The notes under the pieces were generated by a model. It worked only from the letters and a program-made list of their open reading frames with translations, ran no database searches and was not told the DNA's origin. The translations under genes and the position numbers were made by a program. Of a DNA stretch of 64,000 nt, positions 14,517-27,275 are shown piece after piece (within the stretch, counting starts at the first letter, position 1; each line of letters starts with the position of its first letter). Source of the stretch: the human T2T-CHM13v2.0 reference genome, Homo sapiens; assembly GCF_009914755.1 (NCBI RefSeq), contig NC_060927.1; one strand, 5' to 3'.

Positions 14517-14686
14517 CTGCCTCTGAGGGCCTCAGTGGCCGCTGACTCTGGGGCACAGGCAGGATCTCCAGCCGCACCTTCTCTGAAATGCTGGCCAGGA
14601 GCTTGGTGGCCTCAAGCAGCGAGCAGTGTTCCATGCTGGTGCCATCGATGGACAGGATGTGGTCTCCAGGGTGCAGGGCTCCGCTC
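14517..14686 (-). CDS. GRIP2: Exon 9 (170 nt), PDZ3 C-half [15 protein letters not shown]...RPSEA
   Basis: GGCCAG|GAG and CAG|GTGGGT; phase 2-1. Confidence 0.95.
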
Positions 14687-14796
14687 CTGGCCAGGCAGGG
14701 GAGTGAAGGCGGAGGCTGGTCCAGGCCAGACAAAGCTCTGGGCCGCCTCTCCCCTGCACACACCTCCATGGTGGCAGCACCCAGGGTGTGCCTTAC

Positions 14797-14944
14797 CTGT
14801 CCACCACGCTGGCTGGCTTGATGCGGTCGATGGTAATGACTGACTTGTTCCGGAGGGAGGTGGTGGTGAGCGAGATCCCCAGGGCAGACCCTGGCGTCTT
14901 GACTATTTCCACCATCAAGGGTCCCGAAGCATTAGCCACCGTGT
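14797..14944 (-). CDS. GRIP2: Exon 8 (148 nt), PDZ3 N-half [16 protein letters not shown]...ASVVDR
   Basis: TGCCAG|ACA and CAG|GTAAGG; phase 1-2. Confidence 0.95.
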
Positions 14945-16048
14945 CTGGCATGACGGAGAAAAAAAGTTTGAAATGCAAATACCGAGCACTTTCCTCCCCA
15001 GCCTCACCCTGCTATCCTGATTTAATCCTTGCTGCCTGGAAGAAACTGTTATACCCATTTGATTAACATAATTTTTTATTCCTTTTCTTTCTTTTTTTAT
15101 CTTCTACCAAATGTTATATCAATTTGACAGATAAGATAGCAGTGGAGGAGGGGCAGGAGCTCAGGTCTGAGGGGCTGTGATCCCAGGGCTTTGCTGGGTG
15201 AAATGAATTTGCTTGAGTTTATGAAGAGCCTGTGGTATACCAGCACTAAACTGTAATGTTCACTACAACCCATCCCCATCTCAGGAAATGGCACCTCCAT
15301 TAACACACCCAGTGGCTGGAAATTAAAACTTTGGCCGCACCCTTAGCTCCTGCCCTCGCCCACCCATGTCTAAATCTCAGCAGATCAGGCCAGCTGGACC
15401 GTCATCATATTTCCTGAATCCCGTGCCTTCTCCCCTCCTTAGCCACCAGCCTGGTTCAGTCCCTTAGCTCTCGCTTGGACAGCTGCTGCCGCTTCCTATG
15501 GCCTCCCGGCTTCCACCTCACCCTGCTCTGCCCTTACCTCCTTTCACTCACCTGTGCCAACCACGGCAGCCTCCTCACTGTGACCAACCATGCTGGCCAT
15601 GCTCCTGCCTCAGGGCCTTTGCACTTACTCTTCCGCCCTCCTGGAATGCTGTCCCTGGACATTCCATGCCTCGCTCATTCCCTCACTCCCCTAGTGAGAG
15701 AGCATCCCCCAGCCTGTCCCATCTCTCTCCCCTGCCTCTTTTCTTTTTTCCATAGCACTTATTGCCAACTGACATACACCATATCTTATCTATTCTGGAT
15801 ACTGTCCTCTCTCCACCAGAATGCCAGCTCCATGAGAACAGACACCTCAATTCTGTTGTTCTAGGCTGGATCCCCAGCACATCAAACAATGCCTAGCACA
15901 TACTATTTACTGCCCAGAGAAGCTGTGACTGGCCCAAGGTCATAAGGTCATGCAGCCTTTGCAGTGGTAAAGATCCATGGCCACTGCCACCTCCCCCCAT
16001 CCCAGGCCTCCTCCTGCCCCAACCCACACACTCAGGCCCCCAACTCAC

Positions 16049-16194
16049 CAGGGGTGGCCACATCATACTCCACCTGAAAGAGTGCCTCGTGGCTGCACTG
16101 CCGCAGGGTGGCCAGGGCGGTGGCATGGCTGGCCCCGTGCAGCGGGATTCCATCGACACTGAGCAGCCTGTCGCCCACCTTCAGGGAGCCCTCC
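16049..16194 (-). CDS. GRIP2: Exon 7 (146 nt), PDZ2 C-half [15 protein letters not shown]...VEYDVATP
   Basis: CTACAG|GGA and CTG|GTGAGT; phase 2-1. Confidence 0.95.
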
Positions 16195-17406
16195 CTGTAG
16201 GGAAGGGCCAGTCACCAGCCTGGCCCGGCAGCAGCACTGGGCACAGCCTGTCTGGGAGGGCGCTGGGAAGCGGGACATGGAGGATGAAGAAGCAGGGAAT
16301 GGGTGGGGGAGGAAGGGGAGGAGGGGACGGGTGAAGGGGCGCATGAGTGAGTGAAGGAATGAGCCACTCCAGGAGTGGGGAGCTGCATAAAGCAAGGGGG
16401 GGATGAAGACAGGATGGGGTGGCTCTGCCGCCTGCCACTCCTCTGGGTGTGCAGTAATTCACAGACTCAGTGCAGAACCCTGAAATGTCTGAGCTGGGGG
16501 TGCTCTTCAAGCGTCACCCCCAACTCCTGCCTCAGGGACAAAGGACAGCACCAGGGCCCAGAGAGGGTGCAAGCTGTGCCCATGCCACACGGCATTGGGG
16601 GCTGCTCTGAGCCGTCCTGGTCCCTTCCCATTGCTCCACCCTCACCCTGGTTTCTCAGCGGTGATTCTGGCCTGATGACAACCCGCGCCTGGGAAAGAAC
16701 TCAACAGGGGCCAGGGGAGGGGCCCCAGCAGGGTTCACCTCGGTTTGGGTCGCATCCCCAGCCTGGAACGCCTCTCCCAACAGGTGGCCAAAGCTATTCT
16801 CGGGGGTTCTATGAATAGCTCATCACAGGGCCCTGTCCCAAGGACAGATTTAGATTTCTGACAAGGCCGTTCCAGGCTTCTCTTAAAATGGCCAGGAATC
16901 TCCCACTGGGGAGGCCGAGGGATCAGGGGCTGGGAACTGGACATGTTCTTTCCCCACATTCTCTCCTCCTGGCCCTTCTGGGCTGGGCCCAGGCGGGGCC
17001 GAGCTGGGTCGATCAGCCAGGACCCAGGAGACTGAGTCACAGACGGCTACAGCAGTGGCCAATCAGCGTGCCCCCAAATCTCTCATAGCAACTCTTAGGG
17101 ACCATTCCACAGACGGGAAAACCAAGGAGCAGGAAAGGGAAGAACGACACCAAGGCTGCCCCTCTCCAAACACCCCAACCCCTGAGACAGCAGTATGTTG
17201 GGGAAGAAAGGGCTCGAGGTTTCCCTCATTTGGGGTTACATCCCGGTTCCATCAACAACTCCCTGAATGACACCGGGCAGGGAGTGTTCCCTCAGGGCCT
17301 CGATCTCTTCATCTGGGGAAGGGGCATGGTGACCCCACTCCACCTTCTTCGCAGGGGAGTTGGGGCAGGTCAGTGCAGTGTGTGGATTTCTTCTGCCTCG
17401 GCTCAC

Positions 17407-17482
17407 CTGTCGGCAGGGCCACCGGGCCGCACGTAGGTCAGGACAAGCGGGCGGGACTTGTGCCCATCTTCATGGGCACCTC
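17407..17482 (-). CDS. GRIP2: Exon 6 (76 nt) [26 protein letters not shown]
   Basis: GTCCAG|GAG and CAG|GTGAGC; phase 1-2. Confidence 0.95.
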
Positions 17483-18018
17483 CTGGACAGGATTTGACAA
17501 GAAGCAGGAATCATCCACCCACCCCTTCCCATCCAGAGGCTCCCACACAGCCCCTGAGCAGGCTCCTTCAATAAAACCTGTTTGAGGACCTTGTCCTTGC
17601 TATCCATGGACCCTCTTATGAGACACCAACAATAAATTCGCCCTCCCAAGAGATGGTGCAAGGGGTGGGTAACATGACCAAAGTCTTCTCTCTGTTAAAT
17701 GGCTTGCCTCCCTTCTGTGACCTCACCTTATTTCCCCTTTTCCCTGATCTCTAGGAAGCTCCAGACTTTGTTCTCAGTCTCGGTAGCAGCTTTCACCATC
17801 ATTTTCCGGTACAACTTTCTCCTCTCACTCTCCCCAACCAAGCCTACTTCATTGCTTGGCAGATTTTCCCACTGAATACTTACCTTAACGGTCCTGTGTT
17901 CTTCAAAGTCAGAACTGAGATACACATAAATTACATTCAAATCCAAACAGCACACACATGGAATTAGTATTAGCCTCTTTCTTGCTGCCCCAATACCAAG
18001 GGCAATTCTTTCACTGAC

Positions 18019-18105
18019 CTCTAAGGACAAAGCCAAAGCTATTGCCCTCCTTGTAGAGGGAGACGTCCACTGTCTTTGAAATGATCCTGGGGTTATTCTC
18101 AGGAG
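18019..18105 (-). CDS. GRIP2: Exon 5 (87 nt) [29 protein letters not shown] (PDZ2 start)
   Basis: CCCCAG|CTC and GAG|GTCAGT; phase 1-1. This frame is not shown in the ORF track. Confidence 0.95.
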
Positions 18106-18799
18106 CTGGGGAGAAATGGAGGACTCCTTTGAGTCCCTCAGTCGCATCTCCAGGCCGGTAGATGTGCCCAAAGCTCATTCCAGGAGGACTGGGTGATCAG
18201 TCACAGAGATTACAGGGAGGGTAAACCCTTGCCCATTTTACAGGTCGAACAAGTGAGGCTTAGAGGGATCCTCTCCCCTAATCCCACTTAGCCCACCACT
18301 GAGAGAGAGGAAAGGGCCTGCCCATGCTCACAGAGACGACGGCAGAACTCAGGCTTGAGTCCATGGCTGGTAGGCTCAGGCCAGGGCTGAATTCCAGACA
18401 GTTACTCAAACTTCAAGACTTTAGACCAGCTTTGAAAATCCCAAGCTAGGTGAAACCCTACACCACCGTTACTTAGTGCAGGGCAGTGGAGTGTGGGCGT
18501 GGTAGGTCAGGGAACGACTTATTCAGCTAATGCTTCCAAAACCCTCCCCGCTAAAGGAAAAGCATCTGGAGACTAAATATGTAAAATGACATTGGCTATA
18601 GAGTCCCACCACCTCCTGGTGACAGCATACTGCGGTTGTAGGCACAGCCCCTAGGCGAGGTATGGATGCTTGTGGCCAGTCTCCAGGTTCTACCCACTCC
18701 ATCTGGCATGATCCCTGCCACCCAGGCCCTGGTGGGGAGGTAGCCGTGTCCACCCGCAACCGAGGCAGTGGAGAAAGTTCCCCGTCCAAGGGCACCCAC

Positions 18800-18945
18800 C
18801 GGGCGGGGGCAGCTCATACTCCACCTCCAGCACCACGCGCTCGCCCACATTCTTGAGCAGGGTGATGATCTCATCGTGGCGGAGCCTGGTCAGGTGGATC
18901 CCGTTCACAGACCGAATATAGTCACCAATGTTCAGCAGATCACTC
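18800..18945 (-). CDS. GRIP2: Exon 4 (146 nt), PDZ1 C-half [15 protein letters not shown]...VEYELPPP
   Basis: CTCTAG|GAG and CCG|GTGGGT; phase 2-1. Confidence 0.96.
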
Positions 18946-19843
18946 CTAGAGCAGGAAGGCCAGGGCACACATGGTAACAGGTGCTGGCCCATGCAGTCCT
19001 GGCATTCACACCCACCCTCCTCTGGAATCCCTATGATCACTGGATCCTCATTTCACAAATGGGGAAGCTGAGGCTTAGAGAGGTCAGACAGTTGTCCAGG
19101 GTCACACAGCACGTAAGAGAGTGCAGAGACTGACACCCAGGTCCCAGGCTTTCCCCCTTCGCTGGTCTGCCTGCTTTTCCTTCTGCAGGGGTGTCTCAGA
19201 CGAGCCTGCAGAGTGACCAGATCATCACATCCTTTGCTGTTCCCTAATGCTCTTCCTGACTTCTCACCACCAACCTTCCTGCTGTTCAACTGGACATTTA
19301 TCTGCACCAGCATTATGTGAGGCCCAGGGAGGCAGTGACTGAGAGGCTAACTCCCAGGCCTCACAGTCCAAGGGAGCCACAGGGGCAAATGAAATCAGAC
19401 AATGTGTGCAGAAATGTGCATGTGGGGCTTCAGGAACAGAGCAGTGCAGCTGCCTTGGCCTCGGGTCAGGGAGGGCTTCCTGGAGGCAGTGACCTCTGTG
19501 TTGAGTGTGGAGGGGTAAAGAAGAGTGTGCCAGGAGGATGCTGTGGGGAATAGGCTTTTGGACATAGGGGACTGCATATGCAAAGGCCTGGAGGGCAGAT
19601 ATGGCCTGGTGACTGTGGGGTGCTATGGCCAAGCCCCTGGTGTAAAAGAAAAGAGAAGCCAGGGCCTAGAATTACAGCCTCCATTGGAGGCCTTCCCTCT
19701 GCAGACACCAAGTTGATGGGTGCTCCTGGAAACAGCTGCCTGATTGCTTTGCCTAAGACCTTCAGTACATTTTCCACTGGCCCTGGGCTCCCATCATTGC
19801 CTCTGCACCCCCCTCCTGCGGCCGTGCCAAGCCCACTTCTCAC

Positions 19844-19979
19844 CTGGCTGCAAGTCCCCCAGGTCTCAGGTTGGAGACCCTGGGCTTTCCATCCTTGTCG
19901 GTGCCACCTGAGATAGTCAGGCCCAGCGTGCTGCCTTCTTTCTTGATCAGCTCCACCACAGTGATCCCTCGGAACTCCT
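19844..19979 (-). CDS. GRIP2: Exon 3 (136 nt), PDZ1 N-half [26 protein letters not shown]...LAAR
   Basis: TTGGCAG|AGG and CAG|GTGAGA; phase 1-2. Confidence 0.96.
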
Positions 19980-20257
19980 CTGCCAACAGATGGGGATGGG
20001 GGCTTGAGCGGGCAGCTGGGGCCACCCCAGGCCCCCAGCTCTAAGATAAGCGAGGCGAGCACCTGGTTGGTAGGGCACTCTGCTGCATTGCCCTGGGTGA
20101 TGATCACCTCCTTTTTACAGAGGAGAATCAGAGAGGTTAAGTGGCTGGTCTAAGGTCACAGAGCAAGTCAGTGGCAGAGCCGTTGCCATCTGACCCCCAC
20201 CTAGGGCTCTCTGTGCCTCCAGGGCAGAAAAAGAGGGAATGAGGGAAGCCTCATTAC

Positions 20258-20338
20258 CTGGAATGCTCTGTCTGCGGCACGCCAGGGAAACGTCGGCCCC
20301 TCCTGCGTCCTTGCCTCCTTTGGAGTAGGGCCCATCGT
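20258..20338 (-). CDS. GRIP2: Exon 2 (81 nt) [27 protein letters not shown]
   Basis: Acceptor CCTGCAG|ACG, donor CAG|GTAATG, phase 1-1. Confidence 0.95.
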
Positions 20339-21311
20339 CTGCAGGAGAGAAAGAGGGAAAGGCCGAGTTCCACTTTCGTTTCCATTCCTGCAGACCTCTT
20401 CTGCTTTGGGAATTTTCCACTCTGTGGACGTGGCCTGTAAGATGGGTTCCCTCCTGCCACCAGCTCCACCCGATTCTCTGCTGGAGAATCCTCACAGCTC
20501 CTCCTCCCAAAGAAAGCCTGGCCCCTCCTCTTGGGGCTGAGTAACATTCTTTGAGCACTACACTATATATTGGGAGCTTCACAGCCATTCTGTGGTTCAC
20601 TGTCTCAACAACCCTGTGAATGTTGTTACCATGGATCAGATTATTCCACTGTACAGATAAGGAAGCTGGGGCTCAGAGAAGGCCAACTCATGCCCATTGT
20701 CACACAGCTGGAGAGTTGTGCAATCTGCATTAGAACCCAGTTCTGCTGACTCTACTACCCAGGGCTGTGCTTACATACCTGCTGGGAGGGGGAGCTCTCT
20801 CAAACGCAGGCACAGCAGCTCATGTGAGACAGCTCTGACCGAGACGAAACTCAATCTTGGGTGGACCTGATTAATGCTTCCTCATGAGGACTGCACTTTA
20901 CAGTTTATGAATCACATTCTCAGGCGTTCTAGGCAGCCTGAGATAAGTCTGTCCTCCTTCACTCTAATTCAAGAAAGCGCTCCCTTGTGTTTCTTCAAAT
21001 GTTGTTTCCAACAGCTCTCTCTCTTTTGAAAAGCTTAATAGATGTACTTTAGGACTTTCCATTTTACTCTCCATGACCCACATCCACACCCACCCTTCTC
21101 TCATATTTTCCATGTCTTCTTTATCTCTCTAAGATACGTCAAGGGGTGCTTCATCTGCAATGAAATCTGTCTTTTTTGCTTCTTTTGAGTTAGTAGAAAA
21201 TCTTTCATACATTTCAAACATAAAGAAGGTAGAACAGTATGATGCAGAGATTCTCAAAATGTGGTCCCCAGGCCCACAGCACCTGGGAACTTGTCAGAAA
21301 TGTAAATTATT

Positions 21312-21604
21312 GGCTGGGCACAGTGGTTCATGCCTGTAATCTCAACACTTTGGGAGGCCGAGGCAGGTGGATCACTTGAACCCAGGGGTTCAAGACGAGC
21401 CTTGGCAACATAGTGAAACCCCATCTCTACAAAAAATGCAAAAATTGGCCGGGCATGGTGGTGCATGCCTATAGTCCCAGCTACTCAGGAGGCTGAGGTA
21501 GGGGAATCACTTGAATTTGGGAAGTCAAGACTACAGTGAGCTGTGATTGCGCCACTGCATTCCAGTGACAGAGAGACTCTGAGACCCTCACTCTGTCTCG
21601 AAAA
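21312..21604 (+). mobile_element. Alu (AluJ-like) inserted in a MER5-like element
   Basis: ggctgggcacagtggttc... dimer whose tail runs into GA-rich microsatellite. Confidence 0.92.
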
Positions 21605-21890
21605 GAGAGAAAGACAGAGACAGAAGAGAGAGAGGGGGTGAGAAAGAAGGAAGAAAGGGAAGGGAAGGGAAGGGAAGGTATTTCTTTTCCAAGGCATTGC
21701 CTTTCCTAGGCATTTAAAGTGTGTTAAAGCTACAGAAATTGGATTGTTTTTCAAATTTCATTTTCTAATTACTTGAAAGGAAAGGAAAGGAAAGGAAAGA
21801 AAGGAAAGGAAAGAAGGAAAGCGAGGGGAGGGGAGGGGAGGGGAGGGAAGAGGGAGGGAAGGAGGAAGAAAAGGGAAGTAAGAAAGGAAA
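21605..21890 (+). repeat. GA-rich microsatellite ((GGGAA)n, (GGAAA)n, (GGGGA)n), interrupted at 21679-21774
   Basis: Directly visible. Confidence 0.9.
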
Positions 21891-21999
21891 ATTCTTGGCC
21901 CCAACCAGGACCTGAAAAAGGAAACACCCTGGGGGTGGGCTCCAGGAATCTGTATGTGTGTGTATATTAGTATATTAGTCTAACTTATATTATTCTTCA

Positions 22000-23330
<1,331 letters not shown>

Positions 23331-23395
23331 TAATGTGTGCTTTGAAAAGCCTTCTAGGTGACTCTGTGTCGCACTAAAGTTTGAAAAACATTTGT

Positions 23396-23741
<346 letters not shown>

Positions 23742-25117
23742 TCACAGGTAGTTTTAACAATCATTGACACTTTGCAGTATTTAGCCCATTTATTTTTATC
23801 TATGCTGAAATATTTTAAAACAAATCCTGGGCATAATGCAATTTCACCTTTAAATATTTCAATATGCATTTCTAAATAAGAACATATTTCTTATACAATA
23901 AAAGTATTATATCCCACCTTACAAAGTAATACCATAATTATTAGTCTAATACCCATTCCAAATTTTAATTCCAACAGTACATTTATGGCTCTTGAAAGCT
24001 TTGTTTGATTATTTTGCTTTTATCTTTGTTCTGTTTTTATATTTTGCTCTTCCTTTTTCTGTTGCTCCTTATCTTTCTAATAATTTTAAATATTTTGAAC
24101 ATTCACCTATTATTTTATTTTTCCATTATCTCAAACTCTTGGGAGGTATTTCTTCTGCCTAGTGTCTGATGACTCTCCCTTACAGTAGACTGTTGCCTCG
24201 TGTGGTTGGTAATTGTTGGATTGTGAACTCATCTTTAGTAGTGCTTCAACTGTGGGAATTCTATTCAGCCTGGTTGTAGGGCTCCAGGGTCCAGAGAGAA
24301 TTTTCCATTCCTTCCCCTGGGTGCTTGCCAAAGTATCATTACCCTGATATCAATGATTATGGGTATTTACAACACTCATTAGAATTTATAATACCTCCAT
24401 GGTATTGTAAATACCAATCTTGGCTCAAAGATTTCAGAACCATGGAGGTATTATAAATTCTAATGTTCACCAGAAACAAGGGGCACACCTTAGATCACAA
24501 ATCCTCAAAGGAGACCACTGGAGGCTGAGTTGAGACAGATAAGCTTTTGTTTTAGCTCCCTGATAGACGGGTGAATATTTTCCAAGTCTCCTCTTTCACT
24601 GAGGGTAGATCTCTTCAAAGGTCCTGGCTTTATGCCGGGGTCTCAGTACCGACTTGGGAAAGTACAAGGTAGCTTTTCCTGTGTCTCTGAGCCATTAAAA
24701 CCCAAGCCTTCGGCTACCAGACGCACAAACATCCCCCCATTCCTGCTGCCACCCCAGTAGAGAAGCCCCAGCATCACCTGCACTCATCCTACTTGTTTTC
24801 CATTTCTCTCCATTTTTTTGAGTGGAAATGCATGTATAGGCCCATTTGTGGAGAATTGATGTCTTTTTCTTTGGGAGACAATATTGAATCTTCCAGTCAA
24901 TGATCACAGTATATTCCTCCATTCATTTTTATCTTTAATTTCTCCTAAGAACACTGTGTACTTGTATGAGAAAAAGTCTTATACCACTCTCATTAAATGT
25001 ATTCCTAGGCATTTAAAGTGTGTTAAAGCTACAGAAATTGGATTGTTTTTCAAATTTCATTTTCTAATTATTTGTTCCTGGTGTAAAAATATACAGTTCG
25101 TTTTATATTCTGAGCTT

Positions 25118-25388
25118 AAAAAATTTATTTTTAATTCTTGTGGGTATGTAGTAGGTGTATATATCTATGGGGTAGATGAGATATTTTGATACAGGTACGC
25201 ACTGCATAATAATCACATCAAAGTAAATGGGGTATCCATCACCTCAAGCATTTATCCTTTGTGTTACAAACAATCCAATTAAATCTTTTTAGTTATTTTT
25301 AAATGTACAATTACATCATTATTGACTATAGTCACCCTAGTGTGCTATCAAATACTAGGTCTTATTCATTCTTTCTATTTTTTTTTGC
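25118..25388 (-). mobile_element. L1MA-type 3' end fused to U6
   Basis: Reverse complement TAGAAAGAATGAATAAGACCTAGTATTTGATAGCAC...ACCCACAAGAATTAAAAATAAA is a typical L1MA 3' UTR and tail. Confidence 0.85.
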
Positions 25389-25495
25389 AAAACTACGGAA
25401 GACTTCACAAATTTGTGTGTCATTCTTGCACAGAGGCCATGCTAATCTTCTCTGTATCATTCCAATTTTAGTATCTGTGCTGCCTAAGCGAGTAC
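25389..25495 (-). pseudogene. U6 snRNA processed pseudogene, full length (107 nt)
   Basis: Reverse complement reads GTACTCGCTTAGGCAGCACAGATACTAAAATTGGAATGATACAGAGAAGATTAGCATGGCC...TTCCGTAGTTTT, i.e. U6 with scattered substitutions (many at CpG). The ACAGAGA box is intact. No PSE/TATA promoter is seen upstream. Confidence 0.95.
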
Positions 25496-26704
25496 GTATT
25501 CTGAACTTTTAAATTCACTCATTAATTCTAAGTTTAGCCATACATTCTTTTGGATTTTCTATATACATAATCATATCATCTGTGAAAATGACAGTTTTAT
25601 TTCTTACTTTCTAAACTTTATGCCTTTCATTTCTCTTATTTGCCTTATTGGACTGGCCAGACCTCCCTTACAAAGTTGATGGGGTGATTACACAGACCAT
25701 CCTTATCTCCTTGATACTCTCACTCGCTTCATTTCTGATGCCTGAGGTTGTCCTTACTTTCCTGTGACTGCACCTGAGCATTTCAAAGGAGTTTGAAGCT
25801 GGAAGCTTGTCTGGTCACCTGCTGGACCCCAGCCTCCCTGCAGCATCCCTCCTTTTGCACATGCCTCATTTTGCGGGGCTCTGCCTGAGTTAAAGGCAGG
25901 GTTCAGCCTGATGGGGCATATTCTGGTTTCTCCTCTATGTGCTGACAGAGAGGGGAAGGAAACTCACAGATCCTGCAGCAGCCATGCCCTGTGCACACCA
26001 CCACATTATCTTGTTCCACCTCATTCACTTCTCACAGTGGCCTTGGGAGGAGGTAGGTGCTGCGATCACACCCATTTGACAGACGAGGAAACAGGCTCAG
26101 AAAAGGGAGGTCTTTGGCGAAAGCAGCGTCTACCAAGAGCTGGAAGCAGACCCCAGGCCTTTTAGCGTTTTCTACCCTGTGCTTGAGGCCCCATCGAGCG
26201 GGTTATGTTTTTCACATTCCTCATCTAAGTCTCCTTTCTCAGTACTGGGCTGACACGGGCAAGAACAGGTGCCAAAGTGAGAAGGGACGCACCATCAAGC
26301 TGGTGGGCTCCCTGCGCTGCCTCAGGGCTCAGCCCTCCGGGGCACCTTCTGCTCCTTCCTCAGGCCTCGTCTGAGCCTGCACATGCCCCCGCCTGCCCTT
26401 GAAGAAGGGCTCTCCTACCACCCCAACCTCTGCGGCTCCAGCTTAGCCTAGTGTTAGCAGAAGAGGCTCAGGGGTCAGCCAGGCCTCAGTAGAGATCCTG
26501 GCTCTGCCATTCGCCAGCTGTGGGAACTTCGCTCTCCTCCCCAACCTCACACCCATGGAAAGTGAGACCTGACCCAGCGGCCCACGCGCCCTCCCATCCT
26601 CAGCGGCAGCGGGAGAAAAGACGGGAGAAGGTCTGGTCCCCGCAGGTGGCAGAGGCCACTTTCCCCACTCTGCTCCAGCCAGGTCTTTTTCATGAGGGGA
26701 GGGT

Positions 26705-27275
26705 CTGATTAGGGTTCAGCCTGGGTATGAGTGGCCTGAGTCAAGGTCAGGACTCAGTCTGGGCCAGCGTCAGGGCTCAGCCAGAACCGGAAACAGGGCT
26801 CAGTCTACAGGAGGTTTCTCAGCCTTCGCACTATGGGTATTTTTTGCCAGATGATTCCTGTGGTGGGGGCTTCTCTTCTGCATTGTAGGAAGCTGAGCAG
26901 CATCCTTGGCCTCTAACCACCAGATGCCAGGAGCATCTGTGGCCAACAAAAATGACTCCAAACATTGCCAAACGTGCCCTAGGGGAACCATATCGCCCCC
27001 AACAGAGAACCATTGCTCTATAGTCAGGAGGGGACTCAACCTGGGTCAGGGGTGGGGCTCAACCTGAGTTAGGGGAGGGGGTTCAACCTGGGTCTGGGCC
27101 AGGCTCAGCCTGAGTTAAGGGCGGGGCTCAGACTGACTTAAGGGCTGGGCGCAGACTGAGTCGGAGGTGGGGCTCAACCTGGTTCCGGGCCGGATCCTGT
27201 AGAGTTGAGGGCGGGGCTCAGCCTGGCTCCGGGCCGGATACTGCTGAGTTGAGGGCGGGGCTCAGCCTGAGTCAG
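26705..27275. repeat. Degenerate ~22-24-bp minisatellite (ggggctcaRcctgagt...), split by MER20
   Basis: Recurrent gctca[ag]cctg units, including a recent ~44-bp higher-order duplication at about 27170-27270. Confidence 0.8.
26808..27014 (-). mobile_element. MER20 (hAT-Charlie)
   Basis: aaaatgactccaaacattgccaaacgtgccctagggg...gagaaccattg, with hAT-type 8-bp flanks gtctacag/ctctatag. Confidence 0.8.

Larger units (their letters stand above)
24840..25710 (-). mobile_element. Old L1M fragment hosting the U6/L1 insertion
   Basis: Degenerate antisense L1 sequence (atattgaatcttccagtc..., aatcatatcatctgtgaaaatgacagttttatttc) continues on both sides of the insertion. Confidence 0.65.

Noticed and set aside
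25389-25495. Functional U6 snRNA gene
   Set aside because: Multiple substitutions, no upstream PSE/TATA, and TSD plus L1 fusion mark it as a retrocopy.
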